From positions 2,934,228-2,998,227 of the forward strand of contig NMRA01000002.1 in NCBI GenBank assembly GCA_002633005.1: a DNA stretch of 64,000 nucleotides. Direction: 5' to 3'. The translations under genes were made by a program, and so were the position numbers. How positions within the stretch are numbered: position 1 is the first letter of the stretch; each line of letters opens with the position of its first letter. Shown here piece by piece: positions 54,501 through 64,000 of this stretch. The notes beneath the pieces are model-generated. The model was not told where the DNA came from. It saw only the letters and a program-made list of their open reading frames with translations, and made no database searches. Source of the DNA: Phoronis australis. Its lineage: Eukaryota; Animalia; Phoronida.

Positions 54501-57500
54501 AGAAATAGAGAATTACCAACTATGACGAATGACCATTCGCCTTCATGTTACACACTATAGGAACGCAAGACTCTGGTGATAAAAAATCCGATGTTCGATA
54601 ATTGAGAAATATGATGAAAGTCAAAAGCACCCATGTTGCAATCTTCAGAATCAAGAAAAAATCATTTTCAACTTGAAATTCGTGTCCCACATTTTAGAGA
54701 CTATCAGAAACTAGAGAATTTTTACCGTACTAGTGTATAGAACATACACATGGTGTCGACCCCCATTCCCTCTCACCTTGAGCTTAACCGCCTCCTCTCG
54801 CACCTGCAACAGCTCTCGTATGGAGTCAATAAAGCCCTGGTAGTGATGGTTACACATGCGCTCAATCTCCTTGTCATGGTAACGGATGCGGTTGTCCAAC
54901 TTCTGCATAAACAATTGGTGTTCACCTGAGCTGAACACCGACCTGGCAATAAATGGAAAACAAGCTGTACTTCCAGGACAATGATCAATGTTACAAGGAT
55001 TGATCAATTGATATTCATTAAACATATAAGCTCACAGGCCCCCTCTACAATGTGAGAGTGAACGGCTCTTTTGCAGCCACCAGTTCAACGATCTGATCTG
55101 GTCTCATTTTTTGATAACCTTAGTATGCATGAGACATTTTTATTATGGTCACCACAATTTAGATTATAACTGTTGTGTTTAGATTACAACATTACTAGTG
55201 ATTTTATTTTACTTGTCACGGTAAGCACTTGATTTTATTTGTATGCTATTTTAATGTTTTTTGTTATTTCATTCCTTTAATACCGTATGATTTCCTTTTA
55301 ATTTTTTTATTTTCTTTGTGTTTTGCTCGTTATCACATTTTTTACTTCAATAATTTATCGCTATGTATTATGTATATGTAAGCCTGCACATAATGAATCG
55401 TTTTCCAGGCTAATTCTTTGTATCACGTATTGTCCAACATTTATGTAACAATAAAAAACTAAACAAATCCAAATGACAGGCCAATGCATATTTGCAAAAC
55501 TTATTTCTCTTTCATAATGATCTCATGCACAATACTTTAGAGGTTATCCAACCCTTCACTTAAATATCCATTGACAAATGCATTCACTAAGAATTGAGAC
55601 ATTCTCATTTTAACATTTCAGAAGGCAGAGCTACAAATAAACACATTCCCAGACTGCTAATTGTGTTAGCATTAACAACATCCAGGCAGGTTGACCAGAT
55701 AACTAATAGCTAATGTTGAGCATTTGATTGAAGTTTTCTTACCCACAGAAATTGCATGCTGTATTCAAATTTTATTGTGAAAATACCTAGAAGTCCTTCA
55801 TATTGACGTTCAGGGTTGTTGTGAGGAGTGTTGATTGATACAGAACCGAAGTTAACGTTGTAGGTTAAATATGTAATTAACTTCGCAGTTTAACAGAGGA
55901 ATACTGATAGTTCAATGCACTAAGAACGCTCAACTTCGGTGCAATCACATATATCAGTCACTGTCTACAACGGTACCTGTTGTGATATTTTTTGATGTTT
56001 GTTATTTCAAGTATTCACATTTCTAACATTACACGCACTTGCATTCCGTTTATTATTCGACCACATATATTGACGCGATTGCTTTGGAAATCGTCTTAAG
56101 GTTTTACAAAGATAGAATTATGAGTTTCTGAGTGATTCATTAAGGCTTCGATTAAAATTCACATCTTACCAGCAGCTTCAGATTCCATTTTCTTTAAAAA
56201 ATGAAGTAATTTTCTACATTGCACAGTGAAGCAGATGACGGAAACGGAGTCGTAGTGCGCAGCACCACTGCCGGTCACCTGGGATATCGCGGGAGAGCCC
56301 GCACATAGCCATAGTTCCATTACGATGGCGCCGCGTTCCGAATTTGACATTTGAAATTGGATCTGAGCCCCCCCAAAACACACTAAAACTGCACACACTT
56401 AAAAATCTTGTTTCAGTCTTATAATGTTGATTACCGGGGTTAATTACTAAACTCAACATTTCCCTACGCTCTTGCTGTTTTATTTTTTGCGGCAGCCAAG
56501 GGGGGAGGGAGCCGGGGCCCCACCCTAAAACCACCTATGTGCCAATATTTGCTGATGACATTTGTGTAAAAATAAACCGTGATCTCGATTTATGACTGAA
56601 TATTTATTGAACTAAAAAAAAAACAGTTGTAGGTTTTGATTATCAATCAGAACTTCAAATTCTTCATTAAGCCTAAGTTGCCCTGAAATGGGCAGTCTAG
56701 TCTTTTTTCTCTCTTGGCCGTGTCATCAAAGCCGTCATTTTTGAAAATTGTACATTGTAAAGACAGCCACAAGATGAATCTCTGCTCGGATCATGACTAT
56801 GTCTTTTCAAGTAAAAATACCAAAAAGTTACACTCATAAAAAAGCTACACTCATACAAAAAGTTACACCCATACAAAAAGTTACACCCATACAAAAAGTT
56901 ACTCATACAAAAAGTTACACTCATACAAAAAGTTACACTCATACAAAAACAACATCACCAACAACACGATCAAATTCTGTTTGATAAAAATGTTCAAGAT
57001 TCATAATTACCGGTATCTTGTTTAAACTTTTTGTTTCATACAACTTTTGATCTTTTTCATTAAAATCATGAAAGCTCCAGCTAGCTCCTCGTGCAAAGGT
57101 GGAACATTGTAAAAGTAATTCCAACCAGCGTTTTGAAGTATAATGTATAAAGCATAGTATTTAAAAGTTTCATGGGAATCTGAGATTTGATGTTCCGAAG
57201 TTAGCCAAATTTGCAAATTTTTGTGGGTTACGTAACCTTAAGGTATTCAGGACCCTAGAAAAGTGCCCAATTCTGGCCAACTTTGGAACATCGTATCTCA
57301 GAAATGGCCGATTGAATTTTCATGAAACTTACAGATACTATGCTTTATACATCATTACACTCCAACCCACTGGTTGGAATTGCTTTTAAAATGAAATGAC
57401 ACTTTAGAAAACAGCTAGTATAAAGTTGAAAATCAAAATCTATAGAATTTACACTTAGTACTTTCAGAAAATATATTTTGCACAGTTAAATTCTACAGCT

Positions 57501-60255
57501 TGTAGATATTTGGCTAAATGTATAGACTTGTCGATACAGGACTGCATAACCTTAAGATAACACTAGCTGTTGATGAATGGAAACAGGCAACTACGACCAA
57601 TAGCATGCCTCAAGTCAGATACCGTCCACACTTTCTCCAACTGTGCAACATTTAAGCCGAATCCCTATTGTTCTTCTGCTTTTTTAGATTATATTGAGAA
57701 CTACATTCTAGTGGTGTATGTACCTGGGTGTGAGTGGGTCATCACAATTTACCACGGAATTTGATTCTGTGTTAGGCATGGTCAAGCATCATTGGGTGTG
57801 ACCTCATTAAATAGCCAAGGACCTTATGTTTATAAAACCATGAATTTACTATGACAGACGATAGCAAAGGCAGGCCTAGATCTATTGTTTAAAATTATGA
57901 CTCCTACTTCCTAGATCTTGCCAGCCTATGATTATATATATGCATACTACACTAGTTCTAAATAGTATCTGCTTTTCTTAGGTGGAACAAATGCAATTGC
58001 ACACTTGGGTGTTGTTAAATAAATATGGTATAGTGGAAAGCATCTTATACATCTAACCTCATCTCCACAGTAAACTGCATATATCTGGTCCAATACATCC
58101 ATGCACCAGACAACATGCCACTTATTACACACTCATCTAGAAATGTACTAGTAAGTTACTTACAGGGGTTCCGGAATTTGAGAACCAGTTTTACGTCCAT
58201 TACTCAAGAGGGAAAACTGGTTCTCAAAATGCAAGACCCCTGTAAGTGACTATAACCAATGTCCTTACAGTCCTCATCAAACACCCTTCCTACCTTGTGA
58301 CAAGTGCAAGACTAGGCAGGCTTGCTGATTCACATTCCTGGATGAGATTTTGAACCTCAGAATCAGACAGAACCCCGCTGTTTCTATCTGAGGAAAAGTA
58401 GTCGGAGTCCGTCTCTTGGAATGAGTCTATGACAGGCTTAGAAGCCATTTTGCATGTATAATGTACACTCACACACTCACTCACATGCAGACAAGTAATT
58501 CTTCAGATCAATGATGTAGTGGGGCTCTACATGAAAAAACTCAATATTGCCCTGACCTAATTAACCAGCTGTCTGGGGTGGTCTAAGGATTAAGATGTAC
58601 AGTAGAATGGGTGTGTGCAATTAAATATCGACTTGCGATGTAAGAACGAAGGAAATAATCATGGCTTTAAAACAAAAACCACAAAACCTGGTATCTAGAA
58701 ATAAATTATGGAAGGACAATTTTAGGACTGCACCTGGCATCACTATTTGGGAAAAATTTCATTGTCGCACTATGATTGCATAATTCTGGCCAACCTACAC
58801 ATACAAATTGAGACACAATCACAGCTTACTTTGCCTTAAATAATACTCATTGCATTCCGGGTTTAACAAAACTACAATGCAGAGCAGCCAATCAAATGTT
58901 AGCGCCGGGGTCAAGGATTCTGGGTCTGAAATACACAGATCCCAAATGTGGATTTATGTGTTTGGTTTGCAGTTGGCCATTTAGACCATCTACTAATCAC
59001 TGTGTTAACTGAGGTGCAGAGGTAGCAGATGAAATCACACACGCTAAAATGCCCCCCCCCCACCTGGAGGGCCCATTGATCGTCCATATTTGCCATAAAT
59101 TTGAGGCCTTGGGAGTCCATTGACTCATAGCCAAGCTTTTCTAAAGTGATTATGACCAATGAACAAATTCATTTGCTGATTATCTATTGTCACAATGTGG
59201 ATTTCAATCATTAAAGAAAAATCATTTATAGCAAGGTTTATGAACCAACTAAAACTGCGGTATCATTTCAAATCCTCTTCAAGAGTATCATTGACGTAAT
59301 CATTAAGCTTCAAATAGCCTGTCTTACTCATTACCTCTGTCATTAATAAATGTTATTTGACATCAATAATCAGATATAAATCTTGTTCCATCTTCTTTAT
59401 CATGGGGAGCCACAGTGAACTACAACCTACCCCAGACAGTACCAACACAAGCCAAAGCAATCAATTCTTTGATTGACCAGTTGGAAGATTGGCGGTAATT
59501 TCAACTACTCCAGCCACAAACTGAAAATCACAATAAATCCAAGCTGTTACCGTTAAGGTAGAAAGATGAAAAGACCACAAAATGCAATATGGAGAAAGTA
59601 GGAAGGTAAATATTGAATTTGTGGTCCTAGTTTTCACTTTTGAATTCTCCAAGTTTACAACAAATCAGTTGGTTTATCTAGCTCCTTCACCATTCAGTTG
59701 CCACGTCCATGTGCTATGATAGTGGAAATTAGTCAGTTCAGAGTTCATTGGAAAGGGTGAAGACGGCCTGCAGTAGCAGTACGCCAGTAGAGTAGAGGTA
59801 TTAAGACTCCGTATACTAACGGTTTACTTAAATCAAATGTTTGTACCCTTGGTAGGGCTTTGCCTTTGCCCAAGGCATTATCCACAAAACGAGTCGCAAC
59901 ACATTCCAATAAAGCTCAAATGAAACCACAGAAATCGATTGACTTTGTTGAACCTTGAGTGACATGTATTGAGTCAATCCTGACGACAGGGTCCATGTCA
60001 CTTTTTGTTACTGGAGTTAATGATTGATTTCATGACCAAATGGCAAATCAATGTCAATGAGAGTTCCGAATTATTGCTTCCGGGTTACCTCAACGACGAC
60101 CAATGCGTTCCGTCAGAGGATTCAATTTCAGCCGTGAGATGTTCATGCTGCGTGTTCAAAATATCTGATGGTACAGATTCGACTTCTTTGGGCTTAACAA
60201 CCTCTGGAGAGGCGCCCCACTCTGAACTTTCCGTCGCAGAAAGCACCTCTGCCAT
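27462..60255 (-). CDS. EXOC6: Exocyst complex component 6 (Sec15), full gene, 20 coding exons, ~837 aa
   Basis: Manually spliced exons give a continuous frame with diagnostic Sec15 segments (HDKEIERMCNHHYQGF, RYYPALKTLEQLE, QDLVDFSPVYRCLHIYSVL, AFIDLRQLLDLFMDWDWSTYLADY, KKLIDTVLKQLRGLV). All introns are GT-AG and phases are consistent. Confidence 0.97.
28523..28709 (-). CDS. EXOC6: EXOC6 exon (FAQSDPVPG...WDWSTYLADY...LLEK)
   Basis: tgcag|CC ... AA|gtacg. Confidence 0.96.
29452..29598. repeat. ~46-49-bp tandem repeat, ~3 copies
   Basis: CTAAATATAGATTTTATTACAGCTATCCGCTTG repeated. Confidence 0.85.
29879..30020 (-). CDS. EXOC6: EXOC6 exon (PKVAQTACMS...LDLIQCE)
   Basis: tgcag|CCT ... G|gtgag. 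Confidence 0.95.
30604..31016. repeat. 37-bp minisatellite, ~11 near-identical copies
   Basis: Unit ATGTTGCTTCAGGGAAGAGGTCCCAATCTCCCAATAC, head-to-tail with no spacers. Confidence 0.95.
31475..32683. mobile_element. PIF/Harbinger-like MITE, TTA TSD, with nested 5-bp-TSD MITE at 31912-32066
   Basis: TTA|CAGCCGATTTCATAAA...TTTATGAAATCGGCTG|TTA; AAACCTGGTTT subterminal repeats. Confidence 0.8.
33505..33611 (-). CDS. EXOC6: EXOC6 exon (SYDWLLEE...FTNLP)
   Basis: cctag|CT ... CCG|gtaag. Confidence 0.94.
34299..34371 (-). CDS. EXOC6: EXOC6 exon (DARSDAEAQIY...DFLEL)
   Basis: tacag|GAC ... T|gtaag. Confidence 0.93.
36650..36704 (-). CDS. EXOC6: EXOC6 exon (AEKDSVHAAKLQGTSMFK)
   Basis: tgcag|T ... 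AAG|gtgag. Confidence 0.92.
37671..37750 (-). CDS. EXOC6: EXOC6 exon (LIQISINMNHLE...ISNITG)
   Basis: ttaag|TTG ... GG|gtaag. Confidence 0.93.
38633..38744 (-). CDS. EXOC6: EXOC6 exon (HTEIDDMIRKS...LTLLQ)
   Basis: tccag|T ... CAG|gtact. Confidence 0.95.
39277..39386 (-). CDS. EXOC6: EXOC6 exon (ARYPKSFPFS...AEDLHLS)
   Basis: ttcag|GCC ... AG|gtaag; contains QVKEFIYA. Confidence 0.95.
40056..40209 (-). CDS. EXOC6: EXOC6 exon (DLYNEIIMKKW...NPSLAS)
   Basis: tgcag|G ... TCG|gtagg; contains IFEEDNY. Confidence 0.95.
40917..41444. mobile_element. ~520-bp TTAA-type (Kolobok-like) dispersed repeat; other copies at ~34414-34952, 36240-36610, 45405-45900, 50205-50490, 56960-57237, 57242-57551
   Basis: Shared blocks (TTGACAAGTCTG, CAAGATAAAA, GATAGCCCCTCATGCAAAA, TTTCATATGAATC) and GG...CC ends next to TTAA-like sites. 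Confidence 0.65.
41574..41695 (-). CDS. EXOC6: EXOC6 exon (AYCTDASL...LLVEIR)
   Basis: aacag|GCA ... AG|gtaag. Confidence 0.95.
42106..42226 (-). CDS. EXOC6: EXOC6 exon (FFVVEDHIL...VLRTHS)
   Basis: tgcag|A ... TCG|gtagg. Confidence 0.95.
42487..42533 (-). CDS. EXOC6: EXOC6 exon (HESLDGYKSYFHDIIG)
   Basis: tttcag|CAT ... GG|gtaag. Confidence 0.93.
43140..43385. repeat. Degenerate ~35-bp tandem repeat
   Basis: Recurring ACTAGTGATATAGCTGACAGCACTAGTGAAA-like units. Confidence 0.7.
44711..44746 (-). CDS. EXOC6: Candidate 36-nt in-frame cassette exon of EXOC6 (RVGPAILSTFEK)
   Basis: ctaat branch point, ttgcttgttcag| acceptor, AAG|gtagg donor, phase 0/0, no stop codon. Confidence 0.45.
46122..46205 (-). 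CDS. EXOC6: EXOC6 exon (SAREQFESYYRKQRRKQARLALNPPSNM)
   Basis: tctag|AGT ... ATG|gtagg. Confidence 0.95.
47139..47207 (-). CDS. EXOC6: EXOC6 exon (DLSAQDLVDFSPVYRCLHIYSVL)
   Basis: ttcag|GAC ... TTG|gtatg. Confidence 0.95.
47314..47719. mobile_element. Palindromic Harbinger-like MITE, CAG TSD; relatives at ~35780-36150 and ~49075-49505
   Basis: CAG|GGCGCGG...CCGCGCC|CAG with ~165-bp imperfect inverted arms. Confidence 0.75.
47940..48134 (-). CDS. EXOC6: EXOC6 exon, variable linker (CAEQNK...KRKAPPPP...NPFADE...NPFEDADE...TLDE)
   Basis: ttcag|TGT ... GAG|gtttg, 195 nt, phase 0/0, at the position of the variable linker. Confidence 0.85.
49617..49867 (-). CDS. EXOC6: EXOC6 exon (VLEMYHKL...EVAMKH)
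   Basis: gtag|TT ... CAT|gtgag; highly conserved peptide. Confidence 0.95.
51817..51955 (-). CDS. EXOC6: EXOC6 exon (DDVQFSNE...LELCLP)
   Basis: tacag|GAT ... CCA G|gtac; conserved. Confidence 0.93.
53175..53374. other. Assembly gap (200 N)
   Basis: Run of N flanked by AT repeat and GA-rich low-complexity sequence. Confidence 0.99.
54777..54942 (-). CDS. EXOC6: EXOC6 exon (SVFSSGEHQLFMQKLD...VKLK)
   Basis: cag|G ... AAG|gtgag; conserved Sec15 peptide. Confidence 0.95.
56820..56948. repeat. 18-bp minisatellite
   Basis: ACAAAAAGTTACACTCAT repeated ~7 times. Confidence 0.85.
58163..58243. mobile_element. ~80-bp hairpin mini-MITE; relative at ~51245-51322
   Basis: CAGGGG...TTTGAGAACCAGTTTT/AAAACTGGTTCTCAAA...CCCCTG flanked by TTA/TAA. 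Confidence 0.55.
58294..58448 (-). CDS. EXOC6: EXOC6 candidate alternative first coding exon (MASKPV...EVQNLIQECESASLPSLALVTR)
   Basis: aaaATGG start; ends AG|gtagg in the same phase 2 as the 60089 exon; carries a similar LxxExES...R motif. Confidence 0.65.
60089..60255 (-). CDS. EXOC6: EXOC6 first coding exon (MAEVLS...HEHLTAEIESSDGTHWSSLR)
   Basis: Acceptor aacag| at 60315, ATG at 60255, donor AG|gtaac (phase 2). Resembles the vertebrate HERILQEIES...LR N-terminus. Confidence 0.85.
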
Positions 60256-60400
60256 TTTTATTTTGGAACTGCCCAGTTCCCGTGAGAATTAACGTGACCA
60301 GGTCTGAGAGCCCTCTGTTGACGAACAAAACAAAAAAGTAATCAATTGTACAATTTTGGAATCGGTTGCGATACCTCGGCGGGCCACAATCATGATTTGC

Positions 60401-61398
60401 CAGTGGCGGATCTAGGATATCACAAGGGGGGCCCAACTTTTTGTCCGGCTGTAAGCATTTGCGCAAACTGAATCACGATTGTAGATGCGCATAGCACCGA
60501 AGTGGGGGGAGGTCGGGAGGGGGGTTTGTCCCGCTCAGGAAATTTTTCTGTTTTTACCTCTAAAATTCAAGAATTTTCCTTGATTCCTGAAGACAAAAGA
60601 GGCAAACAAGAAAAAAAAGGAGAACGTGTCGAACAGAAAAAACTGCGAGAACCTAAGACTCGAACTCACGACCTCGCGCACAGCGCGCGCGTCCTTTACC
60701 ACTACCACCACGACTTCACTACTAAACTCTTTCTAGGAGACCTACTTATTTATTGTCCATAGCGTTTGCGCGCGAAACCTACTTCTTTTTTTTAATGCTC
60801 ATTACACGTTTTATATTTTGTGTCATCAATTCTTAATAAATTTGTTGTATTTAAAATAGTCTTCAAATGCCCAAAAGACCGAATCCGTTTTTCGTGTTGG
60901 CACTAATGACGGGATTCCTTTGGAAATCGTCTTAAGATAAGGTTTGACAAAGAGAGTATTGCGAGTTTCTGAGTGATTCACTAAGGCTTCGATTAAAATT
61001 CACATCTTACCAGCAGCTTCTGTTTTTTCATCGTCACTCAGGTTCCATTTTCTTTAAAAAATGAAGTAAATTTTCTTCATTGCACAGTGGAGCAGACGAC
61101 GGAAACGGAGTCGTAGTGTGCAGCGCCACTGCCGGTCGCCTGGGATATCGCGGGAGAGCCTATAGTTCCGTTACGAATGAGCCGTGTTCCGAATTTGACA
61201 CTTGAAATTGGATTTGAACCCCCCCCCCCCAACATTGAAACTGCACACATTTAATTTTTTTTTCATCCGTATAATTTTAATTACCGGGGTTAATTAATAA
61301 ACTCAACATTTCCCTACGCTCTTACTGTTTTATTTTTTGCGGCAGCCAAGGGGGGGGGGGGGCCGGGCCCCCTGGGCCCCCCCCTAAATCCGCCTATG
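60401..61398. mobile_element. ~1-kb element with 5-bp TSD (TTTGC); fragments at ~25359-25468 (5' end) and 56082-56539 (3' half)
   Basis: CAGTGGCGGATCTAGG...CCTAAATCCGCCTATG; contains a tRNA-like segment on the - strand (~60645-60712). Confidence 0.85.
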
Positions 61399-61468
61399 TT
61401 TGCTGGAGGATAATTGACTTATAAACGTGGTTCTTGGTCGATTTTATGTCGCATTTGTACAGAATTAC

Positions 61469-61830
61469 CAAAACGTACACTTGCAATGAGCACCATGGCT
61501 ACTCAGTGTAAAACGACGGGCGCCGCGGGGCCGGCCACGGCGGGCCCCGCGTAGTCGCCGACAGCACCGGATCGCTCCAGCGGCGGTCTGATCGGTCGAG
61601 GCAGCGGCGGTAGCCTTTGTCTGCGCAATACTGTCAACTAAGAGCATAATCGACGAAAAGATCTTCTCTGCATCAGGAAGTCTACTGGGGATACATCGGG
61701 TAGGTGCCGCGGAATTAAAGAGCGGACGGTCCGCCGTCGCCAGGGTCCGTCGATCGGATGCGCGTGAAAAAGAGACATCAGTAGGCCTACTTCGGCACAT
61801 ACACTTTATTCACGCAATCGCCATTTTAGT
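61469..61830 (-). other. EXOC6: Probable GC-rich non-coding first exon (5' UTR) of EXOC6
   Basis: CpG-rich stretch ending in TTTTG|gtaatt donor at 61468. The downstream exon has a strong acceptor at 60315. Confidence 0.55.
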
Positions 61831-61990
61831 ACTGAGCCTCTTTTAAGGTTTTAAAACAATGGATTTGAGACGTGATATAACGAGGAGTGACGAAAAAATC
61901 ATAAGCGCAGAACTGGCGCATTTTTTCAGTAAAACCTAAAAAGAGCGGGCTCGATCAGTACGTACGTCACTCAAAATGGCGACTGCGTTT
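61810..61990. promoter_or_regulatory. Candidate bidirectional promoter with divergent AAAATGGCG (YY1-type) motifs
   Basis: CGCCATTTT at ~61819-61827 and AAAATGGCG at ~61973-61981 face apart; ACGTCA half-CRE at ~61964. Confidence 0.45.
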
Positions 61991-64000
61991 TTTGATATTG
62001 TTCATCCAAGTTCTCAATGAGATTGAACTTAGAGACTAAACGGTAATTGACGAACCGCGCAGTGAGAGTATTCACAAAGTAAGGGCCATTTCCATTTTCA
62101 AACAGATTAATTAACAAACAACTCTGAAGGCCGACAAAAGTGTCGAGATTCCAATGCCGGAAAGATGGCAAAACACGCGTTTTTTTAACTCAAGTTGGTT
62201 TCTAAATATTCTCAGTTGTTTTACTATTAGCAGTGACATACTGTTTTTTTACTTAAAAACCATTGTCGTACAATCAGTCATGCGCACGAACGCTTCTTCA
62301 GCCGGAATGACGTCTTTTTGAAGTTTTGGGTCCAATTTGAAAAATTAAAATGCCAAATTTAAAAACAATAAGAATTTTGCCGGATTTAGATAGCACTTCA
62401 CTAAGCTGGGCCAGTCGAGGCTAATCTTAATTCTTCTCAATGGGAGCACTATGACACAAGTATGTAGTGTGCAACCCCCGGCCTTGTCAGTCGAGTTGTT
62501 TGTGAATGAATCCACAAGTGCTAAATTTTCCCTGCGGTTACCTGAAGCGGAAAAATTACATCGACACCCGCAAAATTTTGGAAAATATGGTGTGACTGTG
62601 ATTTAATATTCCTATTTTTGGGTTCAAACCCACGTCATAACATAGTGGCAGATACGTCATCAATGACTGGGCGAGTAATAACGTCACTAGAGTCATCAAT
62701 GAGCTTAGTCTGAAGTTTCAGTAGGAATGATAGGCCTTCGTATCATCAATAGTTTCGACACATAAACTATCTAATCTTAGCGCAGTTTTTCTTGAGTTGT
62801 AGAGTGCCAGAGAAGTATATAGTTAATTCAGTGAGGTCTGAAAAAGTAGGCATTACTTCTGAATACACTCAATCCCGGCCGGCGTTGTTCTCCGTCGCAG
62901 GCAGTTTGCTCGTCAAATGTATTTAAAACTTAGCCGTAAGTGTTCCACTTTAGAATATGAAAAAAAATCTTACTTGTTTATTAGCGAAAAACGGCGATCT
63001 TTCACAATTTTGTGGAATCGGTACGATTTCTGTTTCATCGTCGATGAAAAGTGAAATTCGCGAACGCCAGCGGCACAGGCGGTTTCCACGGTTCTCACTA
63101 CACTAAAGCAAGTTGGCGTACATAAAACATAATAAAGAGAAATTGCAATTTTATCTAATGCTGCGCAAAAACTGCTTTTTATGAACTTAATTGTTCTTGA
63201 TGAACCGTACAACCCATGTTTTCGGCACTCATTTCTCCCAGGGTCTGACCTGTACTGTCCTCTTTAAGGGTATCCTTACTGAGGATCGCAATTAGCAAAG
63301 GCAATCGTGTGGAAGTAATTGTGCTGGGTCCGATTATGTGCCTGAGTATTTACATTTTAACTTTGATACTTTTTACTAAAAAATTGAGGAATAGTGATCT
63401 AGACATCAATAGTATGGGCTTTTAATGGTGAAAATTGACCAACACTTACTAAACATCGATCGCACATCTTTGATTAAATCTCAGGTCATTGGCTCTAGGC
63501 ACGAGAGCACTGATTTTACGACGTCGAGACACGGAACGGATTCGAATTGTTTGGCTAATTGAGGTCAACAATTCCGACAATAATTGTCAAAGGTAATTTT
63601 CTAAACTCCCCAAACACTCAATGAATGTTTGGAATGGACGAGGAATTCACGGTAGGCAAACGCGTTCGAGTTTTCAGGAATGTTACCTTTTCCTCGATTT
63701 TTTGCCAATTTACCATGGTCCATTTATTGTAAAAGGTATCGGGAACGTTAGTTTCTTGTCCACGATGTCTATGAAAAGAATCAAACAAAAACAACACTTA
63801 CTCAAATATTTTCTCATCCAGGTTATAATTGCACGTCTGATGAACACATGAACTCGAAAACGACACCATTTGGTCATTTTTTTAACACTATCTACGCTGC
63901 GATCCGATTTGTACGCCTATCTCAAATTCTCTCGATTTTCTAAAAAATTTCTATGGCAAATATTCATGCAATTGCTCTTCAATGACTTCAATGGGGCTAT

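Noticed and set aside
60645-60712. tRNA gene candidates (also 1195-1268, ~26060-26100, 26600-26676)
   Set aside because: Only A/B-box remnants; acceptor and anticodon stems do not pair, and most lie within repeats.
61465-61800. 111-aa Arg/Ala-rich ORF
   Set aside because: Typical of a GC-rich 5' UTR; no homology recognised.
62190-64000. Possible further TTAA-bounded elements (junction CCTCT-TTAA-GGG at ~63264) and ORF 63621-63851
   Set aside because: Could not pair the termini or confirm splice/coding signal within the window.

Overview
Eukaryotic, intron-rich, AT-rich animal genomic DNA, most consistent with an invertebrate (possibly a marine deuterostome; the taxon cannot be fixed from sequence). 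It is not prokaryotic, and most listed ORFs are spurious. Left part (~2-25.4 kb): three tandem ~6-10 kb duplication units, each carrying a secreted long-form C-type lectin gene on the + strand (EPN/EPN/EPS plus WND). Copy 3 has lost its ATG exon. Right part (27.5-61.8 kb): a complete 20-coding-exon EXOC6/Sec15 gene on the - strand (~837 aa by my manual splicing). It has two candidate alternative N-terminal exons, an insert exon with KRKAPPPP and two acidic NPF motifs, and a candidate 36-nt cassette exon. Comparing the duplicated units exposes many filled versus empty insertion sites: a Kolobok-like TTAA element with a THAP remnant, at least seven CA...TG elements with 5-bp TSDs, Harbinger-like MITEs, a Crypton-like element, HINE-like repeat arrays carrying CTCF-like motifs, and 25-30 bp inserts with 7-bp TSDs that resemble P-element excision footprints. 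I found no clearly new multi-gene system. All coordinates were read by eye, and family assignments are unverified by database search.
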